The notes: generated by a model not told the origin, from the sequence alone. Shown: positions 1-12,821, numbered from the stretch's first letter. The stretch: DNA of 64,000 bases from Octopus vulgaris (GCA_951406725.2 OX597819.1:123690001-123754000), one strand, 5' to 3'. Translations and numbers: made by a program.

Positions 1-197
1 ATTTTGTAATTCGCTAAAATAAATAATTTAATCAGTACGAATTTTATTATCGATCATCTTCACACCTACAACGTCTGTAAATAAAGTTTAAATGCTGATA
101 TTACAAAAACTATATATCAAGTTTTAACACTGATCTTCTAGAACGCTGCGTTTCTGTGTGAACTAATAAATTAACATCAGTAAATATATTTATTTAC

Positions 198-892
198 ACG
201 AGCTGGCAGAAACGTTAGCACGCCCGGCGAAATTCTTAGCGGTATTTCATCTGCCGCTATGTTCTGATTTGAAATTCCGAGTGAAACGCTTCGTGGCATT
301 TCGTCTACCACTACGTTCTGAGTTCAAATTCTGCCGAGGTCGACTTTGCCTTTCATCCTTTCGGGGTCGATTAAATAAGTACCAGTTACGCACTGGGGTC
401 GATATAATCGACTTAATCCGTGTGTCTGTCCTTGGTTGTCCTCTCTGTGTTTAGCCCCTTGTGGGTAGTAAAGAAATAGGTATTTCGTCTGTCTAAAGCG
501 GCGAGCTGGCAGAAACGTTAGCACGCCGGGCGAAATGCTTAGCGGTATTTCGTCTGTCGCTACGTTCTGAGTTCAAATTCCGCCGAGGTCGACTTTGCTT
601 TTCATCCTTTCGGGGTCGAGTAAATAAGTACCAGTTACGCACTGGGGTCGATATAATCGACTTAATCCGTGTGTCTGTCCTTGTTTGTCCTCTCTGTGTT
701 TATCCCCTTGTGGGTTGTAAAGAAATAGGTATTTCGTCTGCCTTCATGTTCTGAGTTCAAATTCCGCCGAGGTCGACTTTGCCTCTCATCCTTTCGCGGG
801 TCGATAAATTAAGTACCAGTTACGCACTGCGGTCGATCTAATCGACTGGCCCTCTCTCCAGAAATTTTTAGCCTTTTGCCCAGAGTAGAAAA
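198..892 (+). mobile_element. SINE family B (tRNA-like head, Nin-domain-like body), tandem partial multimer
   Basis: GAGCTGGCAGAAACGTTAGC head, B-box GAGTTCAAATTCC and repeated GCCTTTCATCCTTTCGGGGTCGAT..AAGTACCAG. Confidence 0.85.
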
Positions 893-919
893 ATATATTT
901 ATTTATACGAAACTGTGAC

Positions 920-1330
920 GGGAGTGGCTGTGTGGTAAGTAGCTGGCTTACCAACCACATGGTTCCTGGTTCAGTCCCACTGCATGGCACTTTGGGCAAG
1001 TGTCTTCTGCTATAGCCTCGGGCCGACTAAAGCCTTGTGAGTGCATTTAGTAGACGGAAACTGAAAGAAGCCCGTCGTATATATGTATATATATATATAT
1101 TTGTGTGTGTGTTTGTGTGTCTGTGTGTGTACCCCCAACAAAGCTTGACAACCAATGCTGGTGTGTTTACATCCCTGTAACTTAGCGGTTCGGCAAAAGA
1201 GACCGATAGAATAAGTACTAGGCTTACAAAGAATAAGTCCTGTGGTCGATTTACTCGACTAAAGGCGGTGCTCCAGCAAGGCCACAGTCAAATGACTGAA
1301 ACAAGTAAAAGAGTAAAAGAGTAAAAGAGT
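920..1330 (+). mobile_element. SINE family A (tRNA-derived, internal (TA)n, (AAAAGAGT)n tail)
   Basis: A-box TGGCTGTGTGG and B-box GGTTCAGTCC; about a dozen copies or fragments in the window. Confidence 0.85.
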
Positions 1331-1554
1331 AACTCATCTTTTACAGACATAAAACCTTCTTAAGTGCAAACGCGAACGCTAATTTATTTTCGTATCTTGT
1401 ACTTCCTGTTATTGTCTTTGAAAATATTATACGAACATATTCGATAAACATCTACTAAACCATTGATCCGCAATGACGAAGCAGTGTAGTTTTGCCTTGT
1501 GATTTAATAGTATAGAGATTGTTAGAGATTTGAATCTCCAAATTCTCTCATTCT

Positions 1555-1975
1555 ACCTTACTCTTTTATTCTTTTACTCTTTTACTTGTTTCAGTCATTT
1601 GACTACGGCCATGCTGGAGCACCGCCTTTAGTCGAGCAAATCGACCCTGGGACTTATTCTTTGTAACCCCAGTACTTATTCTATCGGTCTCTTTTGATGA
1701 ACAGCTAAGTGACGGGGACGTAAACACGCCAGCATCGGTTGTTAAGCAATGCTAGGGGGGACAAATACAGACACACAAACATATACACACATATACATAT
1801 ACATATATACGACAGGCTTCTTTCAGTTTCCGTCTACAAAATCCACTCACAGGGCTTTGGTCGGCCCGAGGCTATAGTAGAAGACACTTGCCCAAGATGC
1901 CACGCAGTGGGACTGAACCCTGAACCATGTGGTTGGTTAGCAAGCTACTTACCACACAGCCACTTCTACGCCTAT
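1555..1975 (-). mobile_element. SINE family A
   Basis: Reverse complement of the family A consensus. Confidence 0.85.
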
Positions 1976-2134
1976 ATTCCGTTATTCACTACTTTTTCTT
2001 CTACTACTGCTTGTGAAAAATCTAAACGGCATACAAATCAGTATTTTCCTATTTCTCAATGTGTGCCACTAATATGCTTTCTTTATTCGTGTTCTGACTA
2101 TTTATCAACATCCAGCAATCTAATTTAATATTCG

Positions 2135-2358
2135 ACTCTTTACTCTCTCTTTTACTTGTTTCAGTCATTTTGACTGCGGCCATGCTGGAGCACCGCCTTT
2201 AATCGAGCAACTCGACCCCGGGACTTATTCTTTTGTAAGCCCAGTACTTATTCTATCGGTCACTTTTGCCGAACCGCTAAGTAACGGGGACATAAACACA
2301 CCAGCATCGGTTGTCAAGCAATGCTAGGGGGAGAAACACTGACACACAAACAAACACA

Positions 2359-2409
<51 letters not shown>

Positions 2410-2429
2410 CTTATAAAATAAATTACTTT

Positions 2430-2465
<36 letters not shown>

Positions 2466-3320
2466 GGTCAGGCAAAATGATCGGACACATTTGTAGGTTA
2501 AATAAAAGGCAAATGAAGTAAAGAAACAAAAAAGTGTTTTTATTTTTGAAAAGTACATATAATGCCATTTTGTTTCATTATGTTTTAAAAATTAAATCAG
2601 TCAAATGGGATCCATTATTGTCCACACACTGTCGAAGGCGTTCACGAAAGTTGTCAATAACTCGGCGGGTCATTTCATGTGGAATGGCAGTAATTTCTTG
2701 ACGAATTGCATCTTTAAGTTGTTCAATAGATCGAGGGCGATTAATGTATACCTTTGACTTGAGGTATCCCCAGAGAAAAAAATCGCACAGATTTAAATCA
2801 GGTGAACGGGCGGGCCAACCGATGTCACCACGCAATGAGATCAAATGACCAGGGAACATATTCCCCAAAATCCCCATCGCACGTCGAGAAGATGCAATTC
2901 GTCAAGAAATTACTGCCATTCCACATGAAATGACCCGCCGAGTTATTGACAACTTTCGTGAACGCCTTCGACAGTGTGTGGACAATAATGGATCCCATTT
3001 GACTGATTTAATTTTTAAAACATAATGAAACAAAATGGCATTATATCTACTTTTCAAAAATAAAAACACTTTTTTGTTTCTTTACTTCATTTGCCTTTTA
3101 TTTAACCTACAAATGTGTCAGATCATTTTGCCTGACCCTGTATATATATATATACGACGGGCTTCTTTCAGTTTCCGTCTACCAAATCCACTCACAAGGC
3201 TTTGGTCGGCCCGAGGCTATAGTAGAAGACACTTGCCCAAGGTGTCACGCAGTGGGACTGAACCCGGAACCATGTGATTGGTAAACAAGCTACTTACCAC
3301 ACAGCCACTCCTGTGCCTGG
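2135..3320 (-). mobile_element. SINE family A interrupted by a Tc1/mariner element in its (TA)n tract
   Basis: SINE tail at 2135-2360 and head at 3150-3320. Confidence 0.8.
2463..3140. mobile_element. Fold-back non-autonomous Tc1/mariner element
   Basis: Ends CAGGGTCAGGCAAAATGATC...GATCATTTTGCCTGACCCTG flanked by TA. Minus ORF 2578-2877 has WPARSPDLNLCDFFLWGYLKSKVY (transposase C-terminus). Arms of ~250 bp are inverted. Confidence 0.9.
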
Positions 3321-3536
3321 AAAAGCAAAGTCAACCTTGGCTGCAATTGAACTCAGGACATTCAGTCAAGAAATGCTACTAAGCAGTTTATCTGGCATGC
3401 TAATGATTCTGCTAGCTTGTAACAAAGCTCTTGGTTAAGATAACATCTATTGGATATGATGACTGCATTATTTTCTCACGAAAAATGTGAGTGACTTGCT
3501 TCTAAACCGTAAATCATACTTTTGTTTTGTCTTCAG

Positions 3537-3659
3537 GCTGTTCGGGTTGTTACGTCGACAAACATTGCATATGTGAAGATCAAACTGCCATTCTTAGATC
3601 GAAATATGATTGCAAACTGATAGAATGCAGAAATAACCAGACAAAAATTGAGAAAATAT
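3537..3659 (+). CDS. Cys-rich protein paralog 1, exon 3 equivalent (xCSGCYVDKHCICEDQTAILRSKYDCKLIECRNNQTKIEKI)
   Basis: Acceptor ttttgttttgtcttcAG, donor GTAAGT. 123 nt, phase 1-1, open frame. Same length, phase and 6-Cys pattern as exons 32522-32644 and 54510-54632. Confidence 0.9.
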
Positions 3660-3741
3660 GTAAGTAAACTCTATAAAACTGAGCCCTTAAAGGTCGAGCA
3701 GTTAAGTTGCAATATTATACTCAAATGTAATACTTTCGTAA

Positions 3742-4160
3742 AGGCGCAGGAGTGGCTGTGTGGTAAGTAGCTTGCTTACCAACCACATGATTCCGGGTTC
3801 AGTCCCACTGCGTGGCACCTTGGGCAAGTGTCTTCTGCTGTAGCCCCGGGCTGACCAATGCCTTGTGAGTGGATTTGGTAGACGGAAACTGAAAGAAGCC
3901 TGTCGTATATATGTATATATATATAAGTGTGTGTGTATATGTTTGTGTATTTGTGTTTGTCCCCCTAGCATTGCTTGACAACCGATGCTGTTGTGTTTAT
4001 GTCCCCGTTACTTAGCAGTTCGGCAAAAGTGACCGATAGAATAAGTACTGGGCTTACAAAAGAATAAGTCCCGGGGTCGATTTGCTCGACTAAAGGCGGT
4101 GCTCCAGCATGGCCGCAGTCAAATGACTGAAACAAGTAAAAGAGTAAAAGAGTAAAGAGT
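3742..4160 (+). mobile_element. SINE family A
   Basis: Full consensus match. Confidence 0.85.
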
Positions 4161-4344
4161 AATAAGCTTTAGTCTCTTCAATGAGGAAAGAGGGACTCCC
4201 AAACTCAAACACGGGCACACATAGACCTACAGAAGCAACGACCATTCACATCACACACGCACATTCACAGCGACCAAATAGGCGCACACAAAATACACAC
4301 ACACACACACACACATTCACAGCGACCAAATAGGCGCACACAAA

Positions 4345-4389
<45 letters not shown>

Positions 4390-4554
4390 CACACACACGC
4401 ACGCACACACAAACAGACAGATATACATATACAGAGGACAGTGAATTCTGAAGACATGTAACGAGATAAATAAAAATCGAACAATCGAAAAATCGAAATG
4501 GCGGTGCCCCAGCATGGCCACAGCTCATGAGCTGAAACTGGAAAAATCAAAATC

Positions 4555-5775
4555 AAAATCAAATCAGTCAACATCATGGTGTTTGGATTGATCACTCGTG
4601 TTGGTGACGTTATGCCCCCGTTCATGTTCCCCCATAGCCTCACAATTAGCACAGAAGCCTACATCAAGTGCCTGGAGGAGGTAGTACTACCCTGGGCCAA
4701 GAAGTTGGGTACTGGAAGATCCTGTGTTTGGTAATCGAACTCTGTACCATCCAACACAATGGCTGTGACCACATTGTTCCTAACGTCTGGCTAAGAAACT
4801 CCCCAAAATATATTTCTTTACTACCCCCAATGGGCTAAACACAGAGAGGACAAACATGGACAGACAAACGGATTAAGTCGATTACGTCCCTAGTGCGTAA
4901 CTGGTACTTAATTTATCGACCCCGAAAGGATGAAAGGCAAAGTCGACCTCGGCGGAATTTGAACTCAGAATGTAGCGGCAGACGAAATACGGCTAAACAT
5001 TTCGCCAGGCATGCTAACGTTTGTGCCAGCTTGCCGCCTTTTAAAATAGCAATCCATTCATTGTTATGCGTGGGGCGCTGCTGAGCGAGGGACCAACAGA
5101 AGTCCTTGTAGCACCAATGATGAACTGAAGCCAAAGATTATGGCAGCATTCGCCAACTTAAACAAAGAGACCGTCCAGAAGACGCGCAGGACATTTCGAA
5201 GTCATCTGGAGGTCGTGGTTGAAGCTAAATGGCGATTTCATTGAAAAAATTTACTTTTTGGTATTTCAAAATATTTTTATGTAATTTCTGTAATTATATA
5301 TAGGCGCAGGAGTGGCTGTGTGGTAAGTAGCTTGCTAACCAACCACATGGTTCCGGGTTCAGTCCCACTGCGTGGCATCTTGGGCAAATGTCTTCTGCTA
5401 TAGCCTCGGGCCGACCAAAGCCTTGTGAGTGGATTTGGTAGACGGAAACTGAAAGAAGCCTGCCGTATATATATATGTATGTGTGTGTATATGTTTGTCT
5501 GTGTTTGTCTCTCTAGCATTGCTTGACAACCGATGCTGGTGTGTTTACGTCCCCGTCACTTAGCGGTTCGGCAAAAGAGACCGATAGAATAAGTACTGGG
5601 CTTACAAAGAATAAGTCCCGGGGTCGATTTGCTCGACTAAATGCGGTGCTCCAGCATGGCCGCAGTCAAATATCTGAAACAAGTAAAAGAGTAAAAGAAT
5701 ATATAAGTTAAATTGATGTCAGTGTTATTTTCATCTTGGCTTAATTTAGATGAAAATATATTCATCGCACTCTGT
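4555..5775 (+). mobile_element. Decayed Tc1/mariner transposase remnant with nested SINE B (4810-5040, -) and SINE A (5302-5700, +)
   Basis: Translations such as IMVFGLIT..GDVMPPF..YIKCLEEVVLPW and IMAAFANLNKETVQK..FRSHLEVVV resemble a DDD/E transposase C-terminal half. Confidence 0.65.
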
Positions 5776-5778
5776 ATG

Positions 5779-5822
<44 letters not shown>

Positions 5823-6000
5823 AGTGTATACTTATGTATGTATTTGTCTATATATGTGTAAGTGTATAGGAATGCATGTATTATATACGTGTGTGTGTAT
5901 GTGCATATTAAAGTGATGTAAATGCTTGTATGTGGTTAGGTGTATAGATATATATCTGAACAACCACGTGACTATTCGTGTGCACAGATGCTTATACGTA

Positions 6001-6036
<36 letters not shown>

Positions 6037-6149
6037 GTAAAAGCAATTAAGATTCAAGTGAGTTCTGTTGAATTCACATGAATGAGGTACTTAACTTAGA
6101 TGCACCAGAAATCTATATGGTATTAACCATAAGATAATGCAGGGTGATT

Positions 6150-6358
6150 ATAACCAAGAAAAAGCAACAAAAATGGATCAATATTTCGGTACAATTGTTC
6201 CGAACGAAGACAACCTTTATTAAGGCTGCAAATATTGCAGCAAATACATGTACGGGTCACGTGTATTTGCTGCAATTTTTGTAGCCTTAATAAAGGTGGT
6301 CTTCGTACGAAACAATTGTACCGAAATATTGATCCATTTTTGTTACTTTTTTCTTGCT
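6150..6358. repeat. ~200 bp palindrome, PLE-tail-like
   Basis: Arms are reverse complements around ~6255. Similar to the PLE tail at 34330-34420; has GAAACAATTGTA but lacks the CTGANGA half. Confidence 0.7.
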
Positions 6359-6555
6359 TATATATATATATATATATATATACGACACCCTTTCAGTTTC
6401 CGTATACCAAATCCACTCACAAGGCCTTGGTCGGCCCGAGGTTATACTAGAAGAAACTTGTCCAAGGCGACGCAGTTCTGAACCCAGAACCATGTTGTTG
6501 GTAAGGATATATATCTGAACAAGGAAGCTACTTACCACACAGCCACTCCTGCGCC

Positions 6556-6622
<67 letters not shown>

Positions 6623-6667
6623 TTATTTATTTATTTATATATATATATATATTTATTTATTTATATT

Positions 6668-7067
6668 CTTTTACTCTTTTACTCTTTTACTTGTTTCAGT
6701 CATTTGACTGCGGCCATGCTGGAGCACCGCCTTTAATCGAGCAACTCGACCCCGGGACTTATTCTTTTGTAAGCCCAGTACTTATTCTATCGGTCTCTTT
6801 GGCCGAACCGCTAAGTAACGGGGACATAAACACACCAGCATCGGTTGTCAAGCAATGCTAGAGACAAACACAGACACACAAACACGCATATATATATACA
6901 CATATACGACGGACTTCTTTCAGTTTCCGTCTACTAAATCCACTCACAAGGCTTTGGTCAGCCCGAGGCTATAGTAGAAGACACTTGCCCAAGGTGCTAC
7001 GCAGTGGGACTGAACCCGGAACCATGTGGTTGGTAAACAAGCTACTTACCACATAGCCACTCCTGCG

Positions 7068-7068
<1 letters not shown>
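6668..7068 (-). mobile_element. SINE family A
   Basis: Reverse complement consensus match. Confidence 0.85.
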
Positions 7069-7151
<83 letters not shown>

Positions 7152-7228
7152 ATATTAGGGAATAAATCCAAATTTACAGGGAAAAAATCAGATTTAGGAT
7201 TAAATCCAATTTTATAGTAAAATATTAT

Positions 7229-7534
7229 AAAATATTATTAGAGACAAAACCACTATTTTGCAAAACAAACAAGGAAAGACTTAATCAATACATAAAATTT
7301 TAATAAATAGTCAAAAAAACCGCCACTACAATTGTTTCTTGTCTTGATCGACAATCTTCAGGTGGACTTCCAATAAGTCAGTTTCAAATTTGAAACTGAC
7401 TTATTGGAAGTCCACCTGAAGATTGTCGATCAAAACAAGAACAGTTCCTAGTGGTTTTTGTCTATGTTTAAAATTTTATGTGTGATTAAGTCTTTCCTTG
7501 TTTGTTTTGCAAAATAGTGGTTTTGTCTCTAATA

Positions 7535-7541
<7 letters not shown>
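7229..7541. repeat. ~310 bp palindrome (fold-back PLE tail) inside (TA)n
   Basis: Centre gtttcaaatttgaaac at ~7388; arms are reverse complements. Confidence 0.85.
7323..7365 (-). ncRNA. Minimal type I hammerhead ribozyme
   Basis: Minus strand reads ccac-CTGAAGA-ttgtc(gatcaa)gacaa-GAAA-caattg-TA-gtgg: intact core, paired stems I and II, palindromic stem III. Confidence 0.85.
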
Positions 7542-7601
<60 letters not shown>

Positions 7602-7845
7602 TTATTTATTTATTTATTTATATTTATATATATATATATCGTTAATCAAATATATTCAATGAGAATACAATATACTGAAATTTTTTTAGCAAGTGCTCTT
7701 CGTAGGGAAGTGTCTAAAACACTAAAGTATTTAGACATTTAATAAGAGCGATTATATATTATATTTTCCTGCATTTATTTTATAATACAATAGGTGTGTG
7801 TGTCTGGGTATGTGTGTCAGTGTATGTGTGTGTGTGCGTGCGTTT

Positions 7846-7913
<68 letters not shown>

Positions 7914-8357
7914 TTGTGTTTGTATATCTGTTTATATTGACATACGAAAAAATGAGTGTTTACATATAAAATGGTGTGACGTATGCAGAATAGAAATGAT
8001 ATCAAGAATTAAAGTGGTTGAAGAAAAATATCCAACAGCCGTTTGTGGGGCTCGGTGATCCAGATTAATATTTGTAGATTAATTTCGATGTCGCATGAGA
8101 CGAGCTTCCGTCATCAGGGAAAAGGTCCGACATTTGAGGTTTTCAAAGAAAGAAGTTCAAAGATGGATTGATTTTTGAGTAGAACTACGTGTATTAAAGG
8201 TGGGAATTGCGGAGGTGTTCGGATAGAGAATAATGAGAGCAGAAAATAAATATCAAAGATTAGGGGTTAATAAGGAGGTTAGTAGGCTAGTAGAAGTGGA
8301 AGGTAGAAAAAAAAGGGGAGGTTGTTGTAGGTAGTATGTGAATGGTAGTCCTTTGTT

Positions 8358-8489
8358 AGGCGAGCGGGCAGAATCGTTAGCACTCCGGGCGAAATGCTTA
8401 GCCGTATTTCGTCTGCCGCTACGTTCTGATTTCAAATTCTGCCGTGGTCCACTTTGCCTTTCAGCCTTTCGGCGACGATAATTAAGTAC

Positions 8490-8576
<87 letters not shown>

Positions 8577-9105
8577 TCTATAAGGGGAATAGTCGCAGTG
8601 AGAGTGACAGAAGCTCAGAAACACAGACTGTGATTTAAGGCGTCGCACTGGGCTCGATATAATCGACTTAATCCGTTTGTCTGTCCTTGTTTGTCCCCTC
8701 TATGTTTAGCCCCTTGTGGGAAGTAAAGAAATAAGTATTTCGTCTGCCGCTACGTTCTGAATTCAAATTCCGCCGAGGTCGACTTTACCTTTCATCCTTT
8801 CGGGGTCAATTAAATAAGTACCAGTTACGTACTGGAGTCGATATAATCGACTTAATCCGTTTGTCTGTCCTTGTTTGTCCTCCTCTATGTTTAGCCCCCT
8901 GTGGGTAGTAAAGAAATAGATATTTCGTCTGCCGCTACGTTCTGAATTCAAATTCCGCCGAGGTCGACTTTGCCTTTCATCCTTTCTAGGTCGACAAATT
9001 AAGTACCAGTTACGCGCTAGAGTCGATATAATTGACTTAATCCCTTTGCCTGTCCTTGTTTGTCCCCTCTATGCTTAGCCCCCTGTGGGTAATAAAGAAA
9101 TAAGA
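8358..9105 (+). mobile_element. SINE family B tandem multimer with (TG)n insertion
   Basis: Repeated ~195 bp units. Confidence 0.85.
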
Positions 9106-9178
9106 AACACACGTAGTGATTGCTGTGTATATGTGTCGATGAATCAATGACTTTTACATTTTGCATTAATAATTTCAG

Positions 9179-9310
9179 ATTGTAGGGATCATCGAGGAAA
9201 CTGCAGGCTTCATGGCCAGCAGTGGCTTGGTGTTTATCACAATATGTGTGTAACACTGTACTGTAGCGTATATGGTAGTGTGGCCAAACTCAGTATGCAA
9301 TTTAATTTAG
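9179..9310 (+). CDS. Paralog 1, exon 4 equivalent (YCRDHRGNCRLHGQQWLGVYHNMCVTLYCSVYGSVAKLSMQFNL)
   Basis: Acceptor taatttcAG, donor G|GTGAGT. 132 nt, phase 1-1, in frame with the previous exon. Homologous to 38739-38870 (LGVYHN motif, 4 Cys). Confidence 0.9.
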
Positions 9311-9449
9311 GTGAGTATAACCTAACATCTTCCCGTCATATATACATGTAAACATTCTCCCTTTAATAAAACTTACTATCACATGAACATACATCCAGAT
9401 GCCCTTACATGCAAACACACACACATGTATGAAGATATGCTTGCATGTA

Positions 9450-10200
9450 TATAGGTATATATATTGCCCTTTGGGAGATCTTGAATGAGCTAGTCTGTCC
9501 TCAAAATTCCGTGAGAATGCTTAGACAATTTCATGAAGGGGTGGAGGTGAGAGTTAATGCTGGAGGTTAAAGTCAGACCCAATTTTTGAAGAAAATGGTG
9601 TGAAACTGGGTGATCTTCCCGCTCTTACTTTGCTTTCTCTGTATTTCAAATGGTCTTTGAAGGTTGTACTGAAGGGTTTTATGTAAGACTAGCACTATGA
9701 CCCGACAACGCCGGGCCGTAGTGCTAGTGCATGCATATACAGCTGAGTGCGTGTGCACATACACGCGAGTACTGTTCAAATCTCCGACCAATCACATACA
9801 GCTAGCTGGCATTCAATTGGCGTATCAAGTTTCGGGCATTTTGATTGGGTTTTGGATAGAAATTTCACAAAAAGTCACAAACGATGTGCACGACCACCCT
9901 TGGACGGTTTTGAATAACCTTAGAAAGTGTGAGCTCTCTAACGGAAAAATTGTGGATTTGTATAAAGGACACACACACAGACAGACATGTTGCCGTTTAT
10001 ATATAGAGAGATATAGAGAAAACTTTTCAGCCTCGGAAGGTTTTGAGCCAAAATGGAAGTTCTTCGTTCTCACATCATTAAGTTCTTGTATGCAGATGAA
10101 TGTGACTTGTTAGGACATTCGAAGGAAGAGCTGCAACACATGATCAACGCGATATCTACAACATATTCGTCATTGGGCATTACAATTAAATTGAAGAAAA
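9450..10200 (+). mobile_element. Decayed RTE-like LINE reverse transcriptase fragment split by a Helitron
   Basis: Translation LWEILNELVCP..RMLRQFHEG..VRVN..SDPI..NGVK.G resembles RTE-clade RT. Confidence 0.55.
9689..10011 (-). mobile_element. Non-autonomous Helitron
   Basis: Minus strand starts TCTCTCTATATATAAACGGCA and ends with a CCCGGCGTTGTCGGG hairpin plus CTAG, inserted between A and T. Confidence 0.8.
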
Positions 10201-10202
10201 CT

Positions 10203-10357
10203 GTGGCTGTGTGGTAAGTGGCTGTTTACCAACCACATGGTTCCGGGTTCAGTCCCACTGCGTGGCACCTTGGGCAAGTGTCTTCTACTATAGCCTCGGG
10301 CCGACCAATGCCTTGTGAGTGGATTTGGTAGACGGAAACTGAAAGAAGCCCGTCGTA

Positions 10358-10432
<75 letters not shown>

Positions 10433-10655
10433 TTGTGCATCTGTGTTTGTCCCCCTAGCATTGCTTGACAACCGATGCTGGTGTTTTTATGTCCCCGTTA
10501 CTTAGCGGTTCGGCAAAAGAGACCGATAGAATAAGTACAGGGGCTTACAAACAAAAATAAGTCCCGGGGTCGAGTTGCTCGATTAAAGGCGGTGCTCCAG
10601 CATGGCCGCAGTCAAATGACTGAAACCAGTAAAAGAGAGAGAGAGAGTAAAGAGT
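10203..10655 (+). mobile_element. SINE family A
   Basis: Consensus match. Confidence 0.85.
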
Positions 10656-10854
10656 TCTCATATACCAACCTGTTCCCTCTAAGCTTTATACTGAACCTTC
10701 TGTAACGGCATATGAAGAACGTTTAGAAGGTAAGACGTAATATAGAAGAGTAGAAGGGATGATTTCGCTGCCTCTCTCTTCAGTCAGGCAGGGAAAGCAG
10801 TTTTCCTTCGTCTGATGGCTGTAGCGGAAGTGGTTGTTTGGTGGACGAGGCTGA

Positions 10855-11262
10855 AGAGCTGGCAGAAACGTTAGCGCGCCGGGCGAAATGCTTAGCGGTA
10901 TTTCGTCTGTCGTTACGATCTGAGTTCAAATTCCGCCAAGGTCGACTTTGCCTTTCATCCTTTCGGGGTCGATAAATCAAGTACCAGTTGCGTACTGGGG
11001 TCGATGTAATCGACTTAATCCCTATGTCTGTCCTTGTTTGTCCCTTCTGTGTTTAGCCCCTTGTGGGTAGTAAAGAAATAGGTATTTCGTCTGTCGTTAC
11101 GATCTGAGTTCAAATTCCGCCAAGGTCGACTTTGCCTTTCATCCTTTCGGGGTCGATAAATAAAGTACCAGTTGCATACTGGGGTCGATGTAATCGACTT
11201 AATACCTATGTCTGTCCTTGTTTGTCCCCTCTATGTTTGGCCCCTTGTGTGTAGAAAAGAAA
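10855..11262 (+). mobile_element. SINE family B dimer
   Basis: Two ~195 bp units. Confidence 0.85.
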
Positions 11263-11264
11263 TA

Positions 11265-11740
11265 TATATGAGAACAGATACATTCCTCTTTGGTAGAGCT
11301 CTCATTGACTTCTTCGAGTTTCACTTGAATAGGAAATTGAGAGTGGAGAGGGAAGTGAGTTTCTTGAACGGTGGGTAAGAGTTGCAAAAATGGCAAGAGT
11401 GGGTGGTACTGCTCTAAGTGTAGACCTGTGAGTCGTAGAGAAGGAATTGGAGCGGGCACTTGCTCTTGGTGTTCAGGGAATTCTTGGACAGTGGGGTTTC
11501 TCGATTACCCTTACAGGTCATCCTGTATCAGAAGGGCTGCATCTCTATCATCCTCCCCTCCACACCTCTTTTAAAAATCCTTTTGTTTTCTATGTATATG
11601 TACCTTTCTTTGCATTGTATTCCGTGTATACTTATTACATTTTATTTATTATTTTTTCATTTCATTATGAGTAAACGCCAAAACATCATGTCTGTCTTCG
11701 TATTATCCCCGTCATTTTTCACCTGGGTGACAAATAAATG
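11265..11740 (+). mobile_element. 3' fragment of an L1/Tx1-like LINE
   Basis: TDTFLFGRALIDFFEFHLNRKLRVEREV is homologous to TNTFLSGQSLINFFKYHLKRKVRVERQV of the element at 63546-63863. Confidence 0.65.
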
Positions 11741-11749
11741 AAGTCGTTA

Positions 11750-11763
11750 TTATCATCACTATT

Positions 11764-11849
<86 letters not shown>

Positions 11850-11850
11850 T

Positions 11851-11882
<32 letters not shown>

Positions 11883-12068
11883 CACCATCATCATCACCAT
11901 CATCACCATCATCACCATAACCATCATCACCATCATCACCATCATCATCATCATCATCACCATCATCACCATCATCATCATCATCACCATCATCACCATC
12001 ATCACCATCATCATCATCACCATCATCATCATCACCATCATCATCATCACCACCATCACCACCATCAC

Positions 12069-12137
<69 letters not shown>

Positions 12138-12322
12138 TATCATTATCATTATCATTATTATCATTATTATCATTATAATTATCATCATTATCATTATCAT
12201 CATTATCAGTATCATTATTATCATTATCATTATCATCATTATCATTATCATTATTATCATTATCATTATTATCATTATCATTATCATCATTATCATTATT
12301 ATCATCATTATTATTATTATTG
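11750..12322. repeat. Compound (CAT)n/(CAC)n/(TAT)n trinucleotide microsatellite
   Basis: Direct reading of the sequence. Confidence 0.97.
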
Positions 12323-12821
12323 TTGAGTGAGAGAGCAGTGCATGCCATCACAGTGACACTGAGGTAAAATATACGAAGCCCATCATGACTACCCGTCTGA
12401 TAAGGGTACACCAGGCACATGCATCACAACCGTATGTGCGTGACGTGGTGATCTCATATCAAGATAAACAGAGCATGACCTTGCAGGTGGGGCCCAGTGA
12501 GAATTTTCTCCAGATCGAGTATCCCATCCCACTCAAAAGGTCCCTGAATAAGGGTTGTTTGAGCATGTTGAACGAAACAACGATGTTTCTTGATGTGTAT
12601 TATCCAAACGCTAAAACATTCTTCTCAGCACATGGCTATACTGTTCTCCAACAACTTCTGCTCGTGATCAGAGATGCACATATCGTCATCCATCAAAAGA
12701 GCTGCTCAACTGCTTAAGGCCAAACGACAGACAAGCAAATCTGTGGTACTGAGCAGAATATTTGTCGTAGCCAATCTTTTATACCAAGATAAATCATGTA
12801 CATGATAACATTTCCAATCAG

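Noticed and set aside
198-892. CRISPR-like repeat array
   Set aside because: Units are ~195 bp SINE segments without unique spacers, in a eukaryotic context with no cas genes.
920-1000. tRNA genes at SINE heads
   Set aside because: A/B boxes are present but no complete cloverleaf; they continue into multi-copy SINE bodies.
1-3536. 5' exons of paralog 1
   Set aside because: No segment with a matching leader and splice sites was found; they presumably lie upstream of the window.
11712-12420. 233-aa poly-Asp/Asn ORF resembling acidic shell-matrix proteins, and an overlapping poly-Met ORF
   Set aside because: Pure trinucleotide microsatellite open in several frames. Its N-terminus comes from an interspersed repeat, it has no signal peptide, and it lies antisense in an intron of paralog 1.
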